Shown here piece after piece: positions 20,734 to 30,820 of a stretch of 64,000 bases of DNA. A model generated the notes under the pieces. The model worked only from the letters and a program-made list of their open reading frames with translations, did no database searches and had not been told where the DNA came from. A program made the translations under genes and the position numbers. The first letter of the stretch is position 1. Each line of letters begins with the position of its first letter. The stretch lies in contig CP182352.1 in NCBI GenBank assembly GCA_048571215.1, positions 2,112,001 to 2,176,000 on the forward strand, given 5' to 3'. This stretch comes from Halarcobacter sp. (GTDB lineage Bacteria; Campylobacterota; Campylobacteria; Campylobacterales; Arcobacteraceae).

Positions 20734-22686
20734 TTAAAAGCTATATTTTAAATTTAGATACATATATCTACCTGGGTCATTAAAAAGTTCTGTAGTTCCC
20801 ACCCCAATATATTTTATATCATTATAGGTATTTGTTGAGGCATATGTTTTATCAAAAATATTATCTACACCTAATGTGATGTCAAAGTTTTTATTGATTT
20901 TATAGTTATATTTAGCATTTACAACTGCATATCCACCAAGCTCTTGTTCCCCATTGTCACTATCATAATTATCCCAAGAATCAACAGCTACAACTTGAGT
21001 AGTGAACATACTTGAACCAGACTCATAATTTAATGATAAGTTTACTTTTAGTGGTGGAATTTCAGCTAAATCTTTATCTGTTTGTCCAACTAACGCTTTA
21101 TCTTTTTTCCCTTTTTGATAAGCCAATCCAAAATCTAAACTAAACTCATCATTAAACATATAAAGCCCTGAAACCTCTATACCATAAATATCTGCATCGA
21201 TATTTTCAAAACTTGTACCATTATTGTTATAGATATAATCTTTTAACATTGAATAAAATGTTTTTGTTTTAATAGAGAAATTCTCATATGTTTTTTCAAC
21301 TCCCAAATCAATCTCATAGTTTTTTGTACTCTTAAGATTTTGATTTCCTGAACCACTATAGTATAACTCTCTTGCATCTGGAACTCTTGAAGATTTACCT
21401 ACACCTGCAAAAAACTTTGTACTAGTATCTAAATTATACACAGCAAAAACATTTGCATTTAAGTCATTATAATCATTGTCTTTTTTTGTTATATCTGCTA
21501 CATCTACAGAAGTATGATCATATCTTGCACCAAATTCTAAATCAAATTTATCTATAGTTTTTTTATAAGTTGTGAAAATTGCCTTATTATCAGTATCTGT
21601 TGAAGATAAACTAACAGTATTTACACTTAGGTCACTGTTATATTTTCTACCTTTCCAGTTTCTAATACTAGTGTCTAAACCAACACTCAACTCCCCATTT
21701 GCTACATCAAGAGTATTTTTAAGTTTTGCACCCCAAATTGATGATTTCATATGGTTTGTCATATTTTTCATCATCATTGCACCATTTCTATGTCTAACAC
21801 TCATTGGGTGATCAACTTTAGAATAATAGTACTCTAAATTAAGAAGTTTTGAGTATTTTCCTAAATCTCTTTTTTCATAATCTAAGGTAAAAATATCAGA
21901 ATCATCATAATCAGCATCCATAGGTGTATTTGGATATAAAACATCATCACTTCTATTTGCAGTATATGAAACAGCAATATCTGAACTATCATCTATATCA
22001 AATATAAGTTTTGATAAAACAGTTTTTTTCTCATAGGCATCAAGACTGCTACTTGAATATCTATTTGGTACAGGAACACCATGTTTGATTTGTTGTTCTA
22101 AGAAATTGTCCCCATCTCCATCTTTATATTGATCTGAAGTTTCTTTTGAAGCAGACAATAAGAATCTAACATAATCATTCCCTCCACTTACACTAAATGA
22201 ACCTTTTTTATAGCCAAAACTTCCGACATTTAGATTTATATCTCCACTTAACTCTTTTGTTGGTTCTTTGGTTTTTATTTTTACTAAACCACTTAAAGTA
22301 CCAAAGTTTTCAACATCATAAGGTCCCTCTATAACTTCAACACTCTCAACATTGTTTGCTAAGATATGAGAAGTTGGTGGGTCCATTCTATTAGGACAAG
22401 CCCCATAAATCTTGCTATTATCTATCAAGATATTTATATTATCTTTTTTTTGCCCTCTTAATATAATATCATTTGCTATACCACTTCGTCTTACTATAGA
22501 AATAGAAGGAACATGCTTTGTTAAAGCTTCAGCTAAATCAGCTGATTTTATATCTTCTGAACTAATATCTTTTACAACTTGTGTATTTATCTTTTCACTT
22601 ACCTCAATAGTTTGAGTTGTTATCTCATCACTAGCACAAACAAGTGATGCACAAATTATAGAAAAACTAATAATTTTTTTCATCAT
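20734..22686 (-). CDS. TonB-dependent outer-membrane receptor, OprC-like (probably copper)
   Basis: Signal peptide, plug motif GACPNRMDPP (CxxxM), HPM and MMM loop residues, C-terminal Phe. Confidence 0.82.
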   Translation of the reverse strand: MMKKIISFSIICASLVCASDEITTQTIEVSEKINTQVVKDISSEDIKSADLAEALTKHVPSISIVRRSGIANDIILRGQKKDNINILIDNSKIYGACPNRMDPPTSHILANNVESVEVIEGPYDVENFGTLSGLVKIKTKEPTKELSGDINLNVGSFGYKKGSFSVSGGNDYVRFLLSASKETSDQYKDGDGDNFLEQQIKHGVPVPNRYSSSSLDAYEKKTVLSKLIFDIDDSSDIAVSYTANRSDDVLYPNTPMDADYDDSDIFTLDYEKRDLGKYSKLLNLEYYYSKVDHPMSVRHRNGAMMMKNMTNHMKSSIWGAKLKNTLDVANGELSVGLDTSIRNWKGRKYNSDLSVNTVSLSSTDTDNKAIFTTYKKTIDKFDLEFGARYDHTSVDVADITKKDNDYNDLNANVFAVYNLDTSTKFFAGVGKSSRVPDARELYYSGSGNQNLKSTKNYEIDLGVEKTYENFSIKTKTFYSMLKDYIYNNNGTSFENIDADIYGIEVSGLYMFNDEFSLDFGLAYQKGKKDKALVGQTDKDLAEIPPLKVNLSLNYESGSSMFTTQVVAVDSWDNYDSDNGEQELGGYAVVNAKYNYKINKNFDITLGVDNIFDKTYASTNTYNDIKYIGVGTTELFNDPGRYMYLNLKYSF

Positions 22687-22756
22687 TAACCTTTTATTTT
22701 TTTTTAATTCTATTTAACCTTTGTTAATTAGATGTTAATTTTTAGCTTAGTTTAAG

Positions 22757-23095
22757 TTGTTATCTAAAAAAATATTTTCTAATTTTATGATATACTTGAA
22801 AAAAAGGATGTTTATGGCAAAAATCACTCTTGATATTGATGAAAAAAATATTTCAACTGTAATGAATATTTTAAAAAATTTAAAAGTAGGTTTGATTAAA
22901 AATATAACTCAAGAACAAATAAAACCTATATCATCTTCAATTTCAAATGTAAATAATAAAAAATATATATCTAAGGAAACCTATAAAAAAAGATTAAACC
23001 AAGATGTTTTAGAAGATGAATTTTTACCAAAATCAACTTCTTCAAAAAGGTACTTAACACCTAACGAATTTAAAAATAAATTAAATAGGAAATAA
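22757..23095 (+). CDS. Hypothetical protein (true start probably about 22808-22814)
   Basis: ORF track; AAGGA precedes the internal ATGs. Confidence 0.55.
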   Translation: MLSKKIFSNFMIYLKKRMFMAKITLDIDEKNISTVMNILKNLKVGLIKNITQEQIKPISSSISNVNNKKYISKETYKKRLNQDVLEDEFLPKSTSSKRYLTPNEFKNKLNRK

Positions 23096-23099
23096 TCAA

Positions 23100-23510
23100 A
23101 TGCAAATAATGATAACCTTTATAGTTTCAGCTATCTTGCTGATACTTATAATATATAAAATAAATAATAGATTTCAAATGAAAGAGTTTTTGGTTTTTAT
23201 AGGAATAGTAATTGTATCTATAACATTAACTTGGTATTTTCTAGAAGAAAATAAAAATAAAGTACCCCAATTATTTAAAACAAAATATGAAAAAGATAAA
23301 GGTGTGAAAATAGATAAACTCTCTTTTGAAAGAGTTAATAATAAAACTTTATCATCAAATACAAACTTTATTTATAACTTTGATTTTATTGTTTTAAAAG
23401 ATGGAAAAGAGTTTGTTTGTACCATAAAAAATGTAAAAATAAGAAAAATAGAAGATGAATTTATTTTTGATAATTATGATAATTTAAAGCAGGAGTGTAA
23501 AGAGAATTAA
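23100..23510 (+). CDS. Hypothetical membrane protein
   Basis: Two N-terminal hydrophobic helices; operonic spacing. Confidence 0.65.
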   Translation: MQIMITFIVSAILLILIIYKINNRFQMKEFLVFIGIVIVSITLTWYFLEENKNKVPQLFKTKYEKDKGVKIDKLSFERVNNKTLSSNTNFIYNFDFIVLKDGKEFVCTIKNVKIRKIEDEFIFDNYDNLKQECKEN

Positions 23511-23513
23511 TTT

Positions 23514-24503
23514 ATGGACAATGATATAAAAAAATATTTAAAGATTTTAAAAAAGACTGAAAAAAGTATAAAAAAACTTCCTATCAAAGAGCTTGATCAT
23601 GATGTAAAACAACTAAAAAAAGCCTTTGATATAGCTTATGATAATGAAGTTTTTGCCTTATATAAATATGAGAGTACGATACAAGACAAACTTAAATTTT
23701 TACTTTTTTGCAAACTAACAAAATACTCTGGAACTTTATCATTTTTAGCTATTCAAATACTTGCAGCAAACTCCATAATGAATAAAAATAACTTTTCTAA
23801 AAGAAAGTTTTATTTTAATAAAAAATGTGGAATTGCAATAAATCATCTAAGGGTAAATAAAACAATAATCAGTGCAAAAAAATGTAAAAATGGCTATAAA
23901 TTAAATGGAGTATTAACTTGGGCTAGTGGATATAAAATCTTTGATAAATTACTTATTGGATTTCATTTTGAAAATAAAGAGTATGAGGTCTTAACTGATT
24001 TTAAAGTTACAAAAAAATTTAAAATAGCCCAAGCCCCTGAAACTTTAGTTGGATATTCACTAAATACGATAAATGTAAAACTTGAAGATTTTTTTGTAAA
24101 AGAGGAAAATATAGTTTCTTCAAATAGTATAGGAAATTACACAAAAAATAAATCTTTATCAAAAACAGTTCATTATGCTCTATATGGGATAGGTTTAGGT
24201 GCTGTTAAAAATATTGAAAACAAAAAACTAAAAAGCTCTTCAAAAAGTAGATTAAAGAAAATAAAAAACAAGTTTTTAAACTCAAATAATGGTGAAGAAT
24301 TAGATAAACTTAGAATAGAACTTTTTAATTTAATACAAGATGTTATTACTACAGGTATGATTTTAAATGGAGGAAGTTCAATACTTCTTGAAAAAAACCT
24401 ACAAAGATATTATAGGGAACTTATAATGTTCAATTCAAATGGTTTAAACACAAAAATAAAAACTCTTTTTTTAGAAAGTTTTTTAAATAAATATATGCCT
24501 TAA
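23514..24503 (+). CDS. Acyl-CoA dehydrogenase-like flavoprotein
   Basis: GYKLNGVLTWASG and C-terminal GGSS...LQRYYRE resemble the ACAD fold. Confidence 0.65.
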   Translation: MDNDIKKYLKILKKTEKSIKKLPIKELDHDVKQLKKAFDIAYDNEVFALYKYESTIQDKLKFLLFCKLTKYSGTLSFLAIQILAANSIMNKNNFSKRKFYFNKKCGIAINHLRVNKTIISAKKCKNGYKLNGVLTWASGYKIFDKLLIGFHFENKEYEVLTDFKVTKKFKIAQAPETLVGYSLNTINVKLEDFFVKEENIVSSNSIGNYTKNKSLSKTVHYALYGIGLGAVKNIENKKLKSSSKSRLKKIKNKFLNSNNGEELDKLRIELFNLIQDVITTGMILNGGSSILLEKNLQRYYRELIMFNSNGLNTKIKTLFLESFLNKYMP

Positions 24504-24517
24504 ATGGCATATATTTA
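24488..24517. terminator. Bidirectional terminator-like hairpin between convergent genes
   Basis: TAAATATATGCC-TTAAAT-GGCATATATTTA. Confidence 0.6.
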
Positions 24518-24522
24518 AGATA

Positions 24523-24801
24523 CTATTGTCCACCACCAACACTTGCATCTAGTTCTGCATGTATATCTTCGTGGGGTGTTTTATTGTAATCATCTTTTGC
24601 ACTTTGTAGTGCATTTATCACTTCATCTATATTTTCATAAGGAATTTCAACATTTCCAACTGCTTTACCAAACTCTGTGATATCTACTTTTACCACTGGA
24701 TCACTATATTCACCATGTGGTTTTTCTACGTGTGAGATTTCTATTCTATCTTCACTAAAATGATGAGCTAATTTTATTGATTTTATATTTTTCTCTGACA
24801 T
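24523..24801 (-). CDS. Small His-containing hypothetical protein, tandem paralog 1
   Basis: AAGGAG RBS; clear paralog of 24957-25238. Confidence 0.85.
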   Translation of the reverse strand: MSEKNIKSIKLAHHFSEDRIEISHVEKPHGEYSDPVVKVDITEFGKAVGNVEIPYENIDEVINALQSAKDDYNKTPHEDIHAELDASVGGGQ

Positions 24802-24956
24802 AATTTGCTCCTTAATTTCTTTTATTGTGACATAAAGAAATAAAGTTAGTTATTAAATATTTATATTAGATTTTAAAATTTAAGTTTGATTTTAGCTAAA
24901 TTGAATTTGAAGATAAAACATATGTTTAAAAAACATATGTTTTATTTGATTAATCT

Positions 24957-25238
24957 TTATTGTCCTCCACCAACATCTGCATTTAGTTCTGCATGCACAT
25001 CAGAATGGGGAATAGAATTAAAAACACTTTTTGCTTTATTTAGTGCATTAATCAACTCATCTATATTTTCATAAGGAATCTCTAACTTGCCACTGCTTTT
25101 ACCAAACTCAGTCACATCAATTTTAACAACAGGATCACTATAATCACCATATGGTTTTTCCACATGACTTACATTGATTTTATCTTTTTTAAAATGGTGT
25201 GCTAACTTAATTGACTTAACTTTTATACTTTCGCTCAT
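24957..25238 (-). CDS. Small His-containing hypothetical protein, tandem paralog 2
   Basis: AAGGAGG RBS; shares KSIKLAHHF, SDPVVK, EIPYENIDE and C-terminal VGGGQ with paralog 1. Confidence 0.85.
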   Translation of the reverse strand: MSESIKVKSIKLAHHFKKDKINVSHVEKPYGDYSDPVVKIDVTEFGKSSGKLEIPYENIDELINALNKAKSVFNSIPHSDVHAELNADVGGGQ

Positions 25239-25453
25239 AGTAGCCTCCTTTAAAGTTATTGAACAATTATAGCACTAAATGGATAATTTTCAGACATTTT
25301 TTCTGTATACTATTTATCATATTTTAAGTTTTGCTAAAAAATAAAATCTAAAATATAAGAAAAATGGAAAGTTTTGAAAAAAATAAAGTTTTAAAATCTT
25401 TTTGTAAATTTTAATAGTAACTAAAAAAGTTATTAATAAATGATAGATAAAGG

Positions 25454-25513
25454 TGAAATATAAATTTTATGAGGAGCATACTAAAGTATGTGGCGATTAA
25501 AATTTATACTTCA
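25454..25513. repeat. Intergenic palindromic element (possible miniature repeat)
   Basis: Outer arms TGAAATATAAATTTTA / TAAAATTTATACTTCA (15/16 complementary) enclosing GAGGAG-CATACT-AA-AGTATG. Confidence 0.5.
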
Positions 25514-25552
25514 ACGCATAGATATTTTAAAAGATGATGTTTTATTTATCAA

Positions 25553-26206
25553 TTATTGAGGTTTGAATGACTTTGTTGTCTTACATACATGAGGGAAAAG
25601 ACACTTATCGCAATCAGGATTTAAAGCTTTGCAAGTATATCTTCCAAACAAAACCATAGCTTGATGAAAAATATGTAAATCCCCTTTTAGTTTTTTAACT
25701 AAATGCTCTTCTGTTTGCTCAACTGTTTTACCATCACTAAGACCTAACCTATGTGATACTCTAAATACGTGTGTATCTACAGCCATAAGATTCGCACCCT
25801 CAGCTTCTATCATAAATACATTAGCGGTTTTATTTCCTACACCTGCAAGTTTTATTAACTGTTTTGTATCATGGGGAATATCTCCACCATGAAGATTTAC
25901 TACACTTTGAGCCATTTTAATAATATTTTTTGATTTATTATTAAAAAAAGAGCAAGATTTTAACAACTCTTTCACATCTTCAAGTGAAGCTTCTGCTAAA
26001 TCAAAAGGTGTAGGATATCTTTCAAATAAAGCAGGAGTTATTATATTTACTCTTTTATCAGTACATTGAGCAGATAAGATAATCGCAATAAGTAACTCAA
26101 AATCATTTCTATAATTTAATTCAGTTACAGCATCTGAATATTTTTCAACAAAGGCCTCTTTTATAATCTGTATATCTTCTTTTGTAGCTTTTTTTATTCT
26201 TGCCAA
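25553..26206 (-). CDS. nth: Endonuclease III
   Basis: LSAQCTDKRVN, HhH motif GVGNKTANV, VDTHVFRV, C-x6-C-x2-C-x5-C Fe-S motif. Confidence 0.97.
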   Translation of the reverse strand: MARIKKATKEDIQIIKEAFVEKYSDAVTELNYRNDFELLIAIILSAQCTDKRVNIITPALFERYPTPFDLAEASLEDVKELLKSCSFFNNKSKNIIKMAQSVVNLHGGDIPHDTKQLIKLAGVGNKTANVFMIEAEGANLMAVDTHVFRVSHRLGLSDGKTVEQTEEHLVKKLKGDLHIFHQAMVLFGRYTCKALNPDCDKCLFPHVCKTTKSFKPQ

Positions 26207-26299
26207 AATTGTATTCCTATTTTTTTAATAAAATTGTAGTGAATTTTTATTAAGAAAATATTAGATATAATTTTATTTCAAATTACTTTAAGGTAAGAA

Positions 26300-26560
26300 A
26301 TGTTTATAAAAAGAAATGAAGAGTTACTATCATCAGAAATGGATGATGAATTAGTTATGATGAATCTTGAATCTAATAATTATTTTGGATTAAATAAAGT
26401 TGGGAAAGATATTTGGGAATTTCTTGAAGAAGAACAAACACTAAATAACTTATGTGAAAAGCTTACAAATAAATATGATGTATCTTTAGAACAATGCAAA
26501 GAAGATATTACTCCTTTTATTGATAAACTAAAAGAGTTAAATATTATTGAAGTATCTTAA
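26300..26560 (+). CDS. Lasso peptide RiPP recognition element (PqqD family, B1)
   Basis: 86 aa; DDELVMMNLESNNYFGLNKVGKDIWEFL...YDVSLEQCKEDI; directly upstream of B2. Confidence 0.92.
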   Translation: MFIKRNEELLSSEMDDELVMMNLESNNYFGLNKVGKDIWEFLEEEQTLNNLCEKLTNKYDVSLEQCKEDITPFIDKLKELNIIEVS

Positions 26561-27005
26561 CTCCTTAATCAATTTTTTAAAAAGACCAAAGAGGGAAATG
26601 CTTTTAATTGTAAAATCATTTCTTTTACTTTTGCAAATTAAATTTCAACTAAAAAAATATAATTTTAATACACTTGCAAAAAAATATAATTTAATCTTAC
26701 AAAAAGATGATATTATCCATAAAGATATAGATATAAAAAAAGTAAAAACAATTGGCTGGGCAGTTGAAAGGTCAGCTTTACTTTTACCTTGGGATGGTTT
26801 ATGTCTTGTAAAAGCCTTAGCAGCACAACAATTACTTAAAAAACAAAACTTATCGGGAACAATTTTTATGGGTGTGAAAAAAGATAAAGAAGGAAAAGAA
26901 TTAGAAGCTCATGCCTGGCTTAAATATAATGATACTTTTTTAACTGGACGAGCTGGACATAAAGAGTTTACTGTTGTCTCAAGATTTACTTGGAGTATAA
27001 ATTAA
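26547..27005 (+). CDS. Lasso peptide leader peptidase (B2, transglutaminase-like)
   Basis: PW..LCLVKALA (catalytic Cys), GVKK, LEAHAWL (His). Confidence 0.92.
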   Translation: MKYLNSLINFLKRPKREMLLIVKSFLLLLQIKFQLKKYNFNTLAKKYNLILQKDDIIHKDIDIKKVKTIGWAVERSALLLPWDGLCLVKALAAQQLLKKQNLSGTIFMGVKKDKEGKELEAHAWLKYNDTFLTGRAGHKEFTVVSRFTWSIN

Positions 27006-27006
27006 A

Positions 27007-28827
27007 ATGAGTAGTTTTAAAGATAAATATATTGATTTTAAAGCACAAATAAAATACTTTCCAAAAACAATAAAACTAATATGGAATGCTTCAAGATTTC
27101 TAATATTTGCTTGGGCGAGTTTACTAATATTTTTAGGAACACTTCCCGCTTTGCAAATATATTTAATAAAACCTCTAGTTGATACATTATCAAATATAGA
27201 AAAAGAAAATATAGATTTAATAATAAATGATTTATACTTGCCAATTATAGTTTTAGCATTAACTTTACTTTTAACTCCAATATTAACATCTTTATTATCC
27301 TATGTTAGAAATATACAAGCCCAAAAGGTGCAAAACTCTATTAGAAAAAAGATTCAAAAAAAAGCAGTATCTTTAGATATGAAACACTTTGAAGATAGTG
27401 AGTATTATAATAAACTACATAGAGCTCATATTGATGCTATTAGTAAACCCATTGCCCTATTAGAAAATATAGGAACCTTTTTTCAAAATATATTAACTTT
27501 TCTTGCTATATTAATTATCTTACTTCCAATTGCTTGGTGGTTCCCTTTAGTTTTAATAGTATCAATCATCCCGTCACTAATCATCTCATTAAAATTTATT
27601 TTAAAACTACATAATCATAGAATAAAAACTACGAAAGATGAAAGAAAATTAAACTATTTAGATTTTCTAATGACAAATAATGAATCAGCTGCAGAAGTTA
27701 GAACATTTAATCTTGAACATTATTTTAAAAAAATTTATTGGAAATTAAAACACTCTATTCAAAGTGAATATTTTTCAATTTTAAAATCCCAATTAAAGCT
27801 TGAAACGATTAGTTCACTTTTCTCTTTTTTTGTTGTTATTATTGTAATGTTATTTGTTGTAAATCAAACATTAAATGGTAATATTTCAATTGGTTCTTTA
27901 GTTATGTATTATTTTGCCTTTACTCAAGGACAAAAGGTCTTAAAAACACTATTTTCAAATATTAGTGAACTATATAAAAATATTATGTTTATTGAAAACC
28001 TATTTGAGTTTTTATCTATTGAGAATTTAAAAATCAAATATGATAAAAAACTAAAGAAAAATGTACCATGTAAAATAGAAATTAGTAATATATCTTTTAA
28101 ATATCCAAAAGCAAATAAATATGCTATTGAAAACTTATCAATGAATTTAGAACCAAATCAAATAACTGCAATAGTTGGAACAAATGGAAGTGGTAAAAGT
28201 ACACTAATAAAACTGCTTAATGCTTTTTACTACTCTGAGACGGGAAGTATAAAAATAAATGATGAAGATATAAGAGATATTGATCCAAAATCCATTAGAA
28301 AAAATATAACAATTCTTTTTCAAAATTTTATAAAATATAATCTAAAAGTTAAAGAGAATATAACTTTAGCAGATACTACAAAAAAAATATCAAAAGATAA
28401 ACTTGATGATATTAGTTCAATAGTAGGAATCAATGAAGTTATTAAAAAACTTCCAAATGAATATGAAACAGTTTTAGGAAGATGGTTTGGTGGAGTTGAA
28501 CTAAGCGGTGGGGAATGGCAAAAAGTAGCACTTGCTAGAGCTTATTTAAAAGATTCGAGTATATTAATACTAGATGAACCAACAAGTGCTATGGACTCTT
28601 GGGCAGAAGCTAAATGGCTAGAAAAATTTAAAATACTGTGCAAAGATAAAACTGCTTTAATAGTAACCCATAGATTTACCACTGCAAAACATGCAGATAT
28701 AATTCATGTAATGAAAGATGGTAAAATAGTTGAATCAGGTAGTCATGAAGAATTAATCAAACAAAATAGTCTTTATGCAACATCTTGGAATAAACAAATA
28801 AAAGAGTTTAAGGAAAAAGATGAGTGA
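27007..28827 (+). CDS. ABC exporter (fused permease-ATPase), lasso D protein
   Basis: TM domain plus GTNGSGKS, LSGGEWQKVALARA, LILDEPT. Confidence 0.92.
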   Translation: MSSFKDKYIDFKAQIKYFPKTIKLIWNASRFLIFAWASLLIFLGTLPALQIYLIKPLVDTLSNIEKENIDLIINDLYLPIIVLALTLLLTPILTSLLSYVRNIQAQKVQNSIRKKIQKKAVSLDMKHFEDSEYYNKLHRAHIDAISKPIALLENIGTFFQNILTFLAILIILLPIAWWFPLVLIVSIIPSLIISLKFILKLHNHRIKTTKDERKLNYLDFLMTNNESAAEVRTFNLEHYFKKIYWKLKHSIQSEYFSILKSQLKLETISSLFSFFVVIIVMLFVVNQTLNGNISIGSLVMYYFAFTQGQKVLKTLFSNISELYKNIMFIENLFEFLSIENLKIKYDKKLKKNVPCKIEISNISFKYPKANKYAIENLSMNLEPNQITAIVGTNGSGKSTLIKLLNAFYYSETGSIKINDEDIRDIDPKSIRKNITILFQNFIKYNLKVKENITLADTTKKISKDKLDDISSIVGINEVIKKLPNEYETVLGRWFGGVELSGGEWQKVALARAYLKDSSILILDEPTSAMDSWAEAKWLEKFKILCKDKTALIVTHRFTTAKHADIIHVMKDGKIVESGSHEELIKQNSLYATSWNKQIKEFKEKDE

Positions 28828-29608
28828 TTTTACATATAGTCTAAAAAAGTTTATATCATTTTTCTTTGAACCTTTAAGTATTTTATTTATACTTTTAACT
28901 ATTATTCTTTTTATATCACTATGTAAAGGGTATAAACAACTTATCCCTCTGATAATTTTTTCAATCTTATGGCTTTTTATTTCAAGTTATCATCCTGTAT
29001 CAGAATACTTTATAAAAGAACTTGAATCCTCTTTAAAACCTTTTCAAGTAGATAAAAAAGATGTTAAGTATATTGTTGTACTTGGAGGAGGGGCAAGGTC
29101 AACTACTTCTGATATACCCAATGCTCAGAAGCTTAAGTATAGTGGATATCAAAGATTTCATGAGAGTATGAGACTATTAAAAGCATATCCAAAATCAAAA
29201 GTTATATTCTTAGGTCCTAAATTAAAAAATAGAACTTATAGTGAAGCTTCTATTTATAAAGAGCTTGCACTAAATGCAAAAGTTGATAATAATAGAATAA
29301 TCATAGTTGAAGATGCAAAAGATACAATATCAGAAGCTAAAAGTGTAAAACAAATAGTTAATAGTGATTCTTTGGTTCTAATTACAACTGCTTTTCATAT
29401 GAAAAGAGCCTCAAAGATATTTAAAAAATATGATATGAATCCTTTATTAGCCCCTGTAAGTTTTGCTAAAACAGGCAAATATAAATGGAGTAAAATTCTA
29501 TCTATTAGTTCAATGTATAGAACTAACATATTACTTCATGAGTATATTGGTCAGTTATGGATAAAAATAAAATACTTTTTTATAAGGGATGATAGATTAA
29601 ATGATTGA
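28820..29608 (+). CDS. DUF218/YdcF (ElyC/SanA-like) membrane-anchored protein
   Basis: Two N-terminal TM helices, IVVLGGG, DTISEA, LITTAFHMKRA, HEYIG. Confidence 0.85.
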   Translation: MSDFTYSLKKFISFFFEPLSILFILLTIILFISLCKGYKQLIPLIIFSILWLFISSYHPVSEYFIKELESSLKPFQVDKKDVKYIVVLGGGARSTTSDIPNAQKLKYSGYQRFHESMRLLKAYPKSKVIFLGPKLKNRTYSEASIYKELALNAKVDNNRIIIVEDAKDTISEAKSVKQIVNSDSLVLITTAFHMKRASKIFKKYDMNPLLAPVSFAKTGKYKWSKILSISSMYRTNILLHEYIGQLWIKIKYFFIRDDRLND

Positions 29609-30815
29609 TAATATCAGTGATAAAATTAAAATAAATCTTCTAAAAATGTTAAATTATAATATAAAGATTGATGATGAATTAAAATCTTTATCTAGTGATG
29701 AGATTGAAGAGATTATATTCTTATGTAAAAGACATCATATAAAAGAGTATTTATATTATAACCTAAAGAAAAATGATTTATTATCACTTCTTTCACAAGA
29801 GCAAATAAAAGATTTAGAAGACTCTTTTAAACAAAAAACTTTTTATAATATGTCTTTACTTGCAGAACTAAAAAATATATCAAAAGAGTTTAAAAAAGAT
29901 AATATACCACTAATTGCACTAAAAGGTCTACATCTTATACAAGATATTTACCCTCATATTGCATTAAGATATTCAAGAGATTTGGATATATTAGTTCCCA
30001 AAAATAAAGGTAAAGCTTCATATGAAACTTCAAAAAGATTAGATTACTACTGTGATAAAAAACTAACAGAATATGACTACTCTTTTAAATATCATCACCA
30101 TTTGCATCAGTTTTTTAACAGTAAAAAGGGATTTATACTTGAACTTCATGCTCACTTAAGTGAACAAATTCATATAAATACCAATAGGCTATGGCAAAAT
30201 TCAAAGGAAGAAAAACTTGATTTAGAAGATTTGATTATTCATTTATCTATTCATATGTCTTATTCAGATATATTTAAAAATGATTTAAGGCATTACTTAG
30301 ATCTTTATGTAGTATTAGAAGAGTTAAAAGATGATATAAATTGGAAAATAGTAAAACAAAGAGCAGAAGATGATAAGTGTTTAGAAGGTATTTATTTAAT
30401 GTTTAAAATCATTGGAATACTTTTTTCTATAACTTTACCAAAAGAGGTAGAAAGTTTTTATTCATATACTAGTCAAAGAGAACAAATAGTAAATAATGCA
30501 ATAGATTTTATGTGGCTTTATGATAAATCTTCACAAGATTATGTATTTTATAGAGCACAAAATATTAGTATTACACAAAGAAACTCTTTATTTAAAAAAG
30601 TATTATCAAGGATATTCATTCCAAAACATGAATTAGCATATATATATTCACAAGAAAAAAACTCTAAGAAGATATATATCTATTATTTTATAAGATTCTA
30701 TGATTTAATAAAAAGACACACATTTAAAATAATTGGTATTAATACAAATGACTCAAAGAAAAAGTTTGTTGAAAAAACTTTATTTGTATATAACTATTTA
30801 AACAAAGGTAAGTAA
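29601..30815 (+). CDS. Nucleotidyltransferase (NTP_transf_5-like; PadeN/PsmN-type lasso tailoring enzyme)
   Basis: IPLIALKG, YP...LRYSRDLDILV, LELH, DLIIHLSIH; lasso cluster context. Confidence 0.85.
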   Translation: MIDNISDKIKINLLKMLNYNIKIDDELKSLSSDEIEEIIFLCKRHHIKEYLYYNLKKNDLLSLLSQEQIKDLEDSFKQKTFYNMSLLAELKNISKEFKKDNIPLIALKGLHLIQDIYPHIALRYSRDLDILVPKNKGKASYETSKRLDYYCDKKLTEYDYSFKYHHHLHQFFNSKKGFILELHAHLSEQIHINTNRLWQNSKEEKLDLEDLIIHLSIHMSYSDIFKNDLRHYLDLYVVLEELKDDINWKIVKQRAEDDKCLEGIYLMFKIIGILFSITLPKEVESFYSYTSQREQIVNNAIDFMWLYDKSSQDYVFYRAQNISITQRNSLFKKVLSRIFIPKHELAYIYSQEKNSKKIYIYYFIRFYDLIKRHTFKIIGINTNDSKKKFVEKTLFVYNYLNKGK

Positions 30816-30820
30816 TAAAC

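Noticed and set aside
24523..25238. Tandem proteins as double-glycine RiPP precursors (ELxAxVGG)
   Set aside because: Only two residues follow the GG and there is no C39 peptidase transporter nearby.
26300..26560. PQQ biosynthesis (pqqD)
   Set aside because: No other pqq genes; overlaps the lasso B2 gene.
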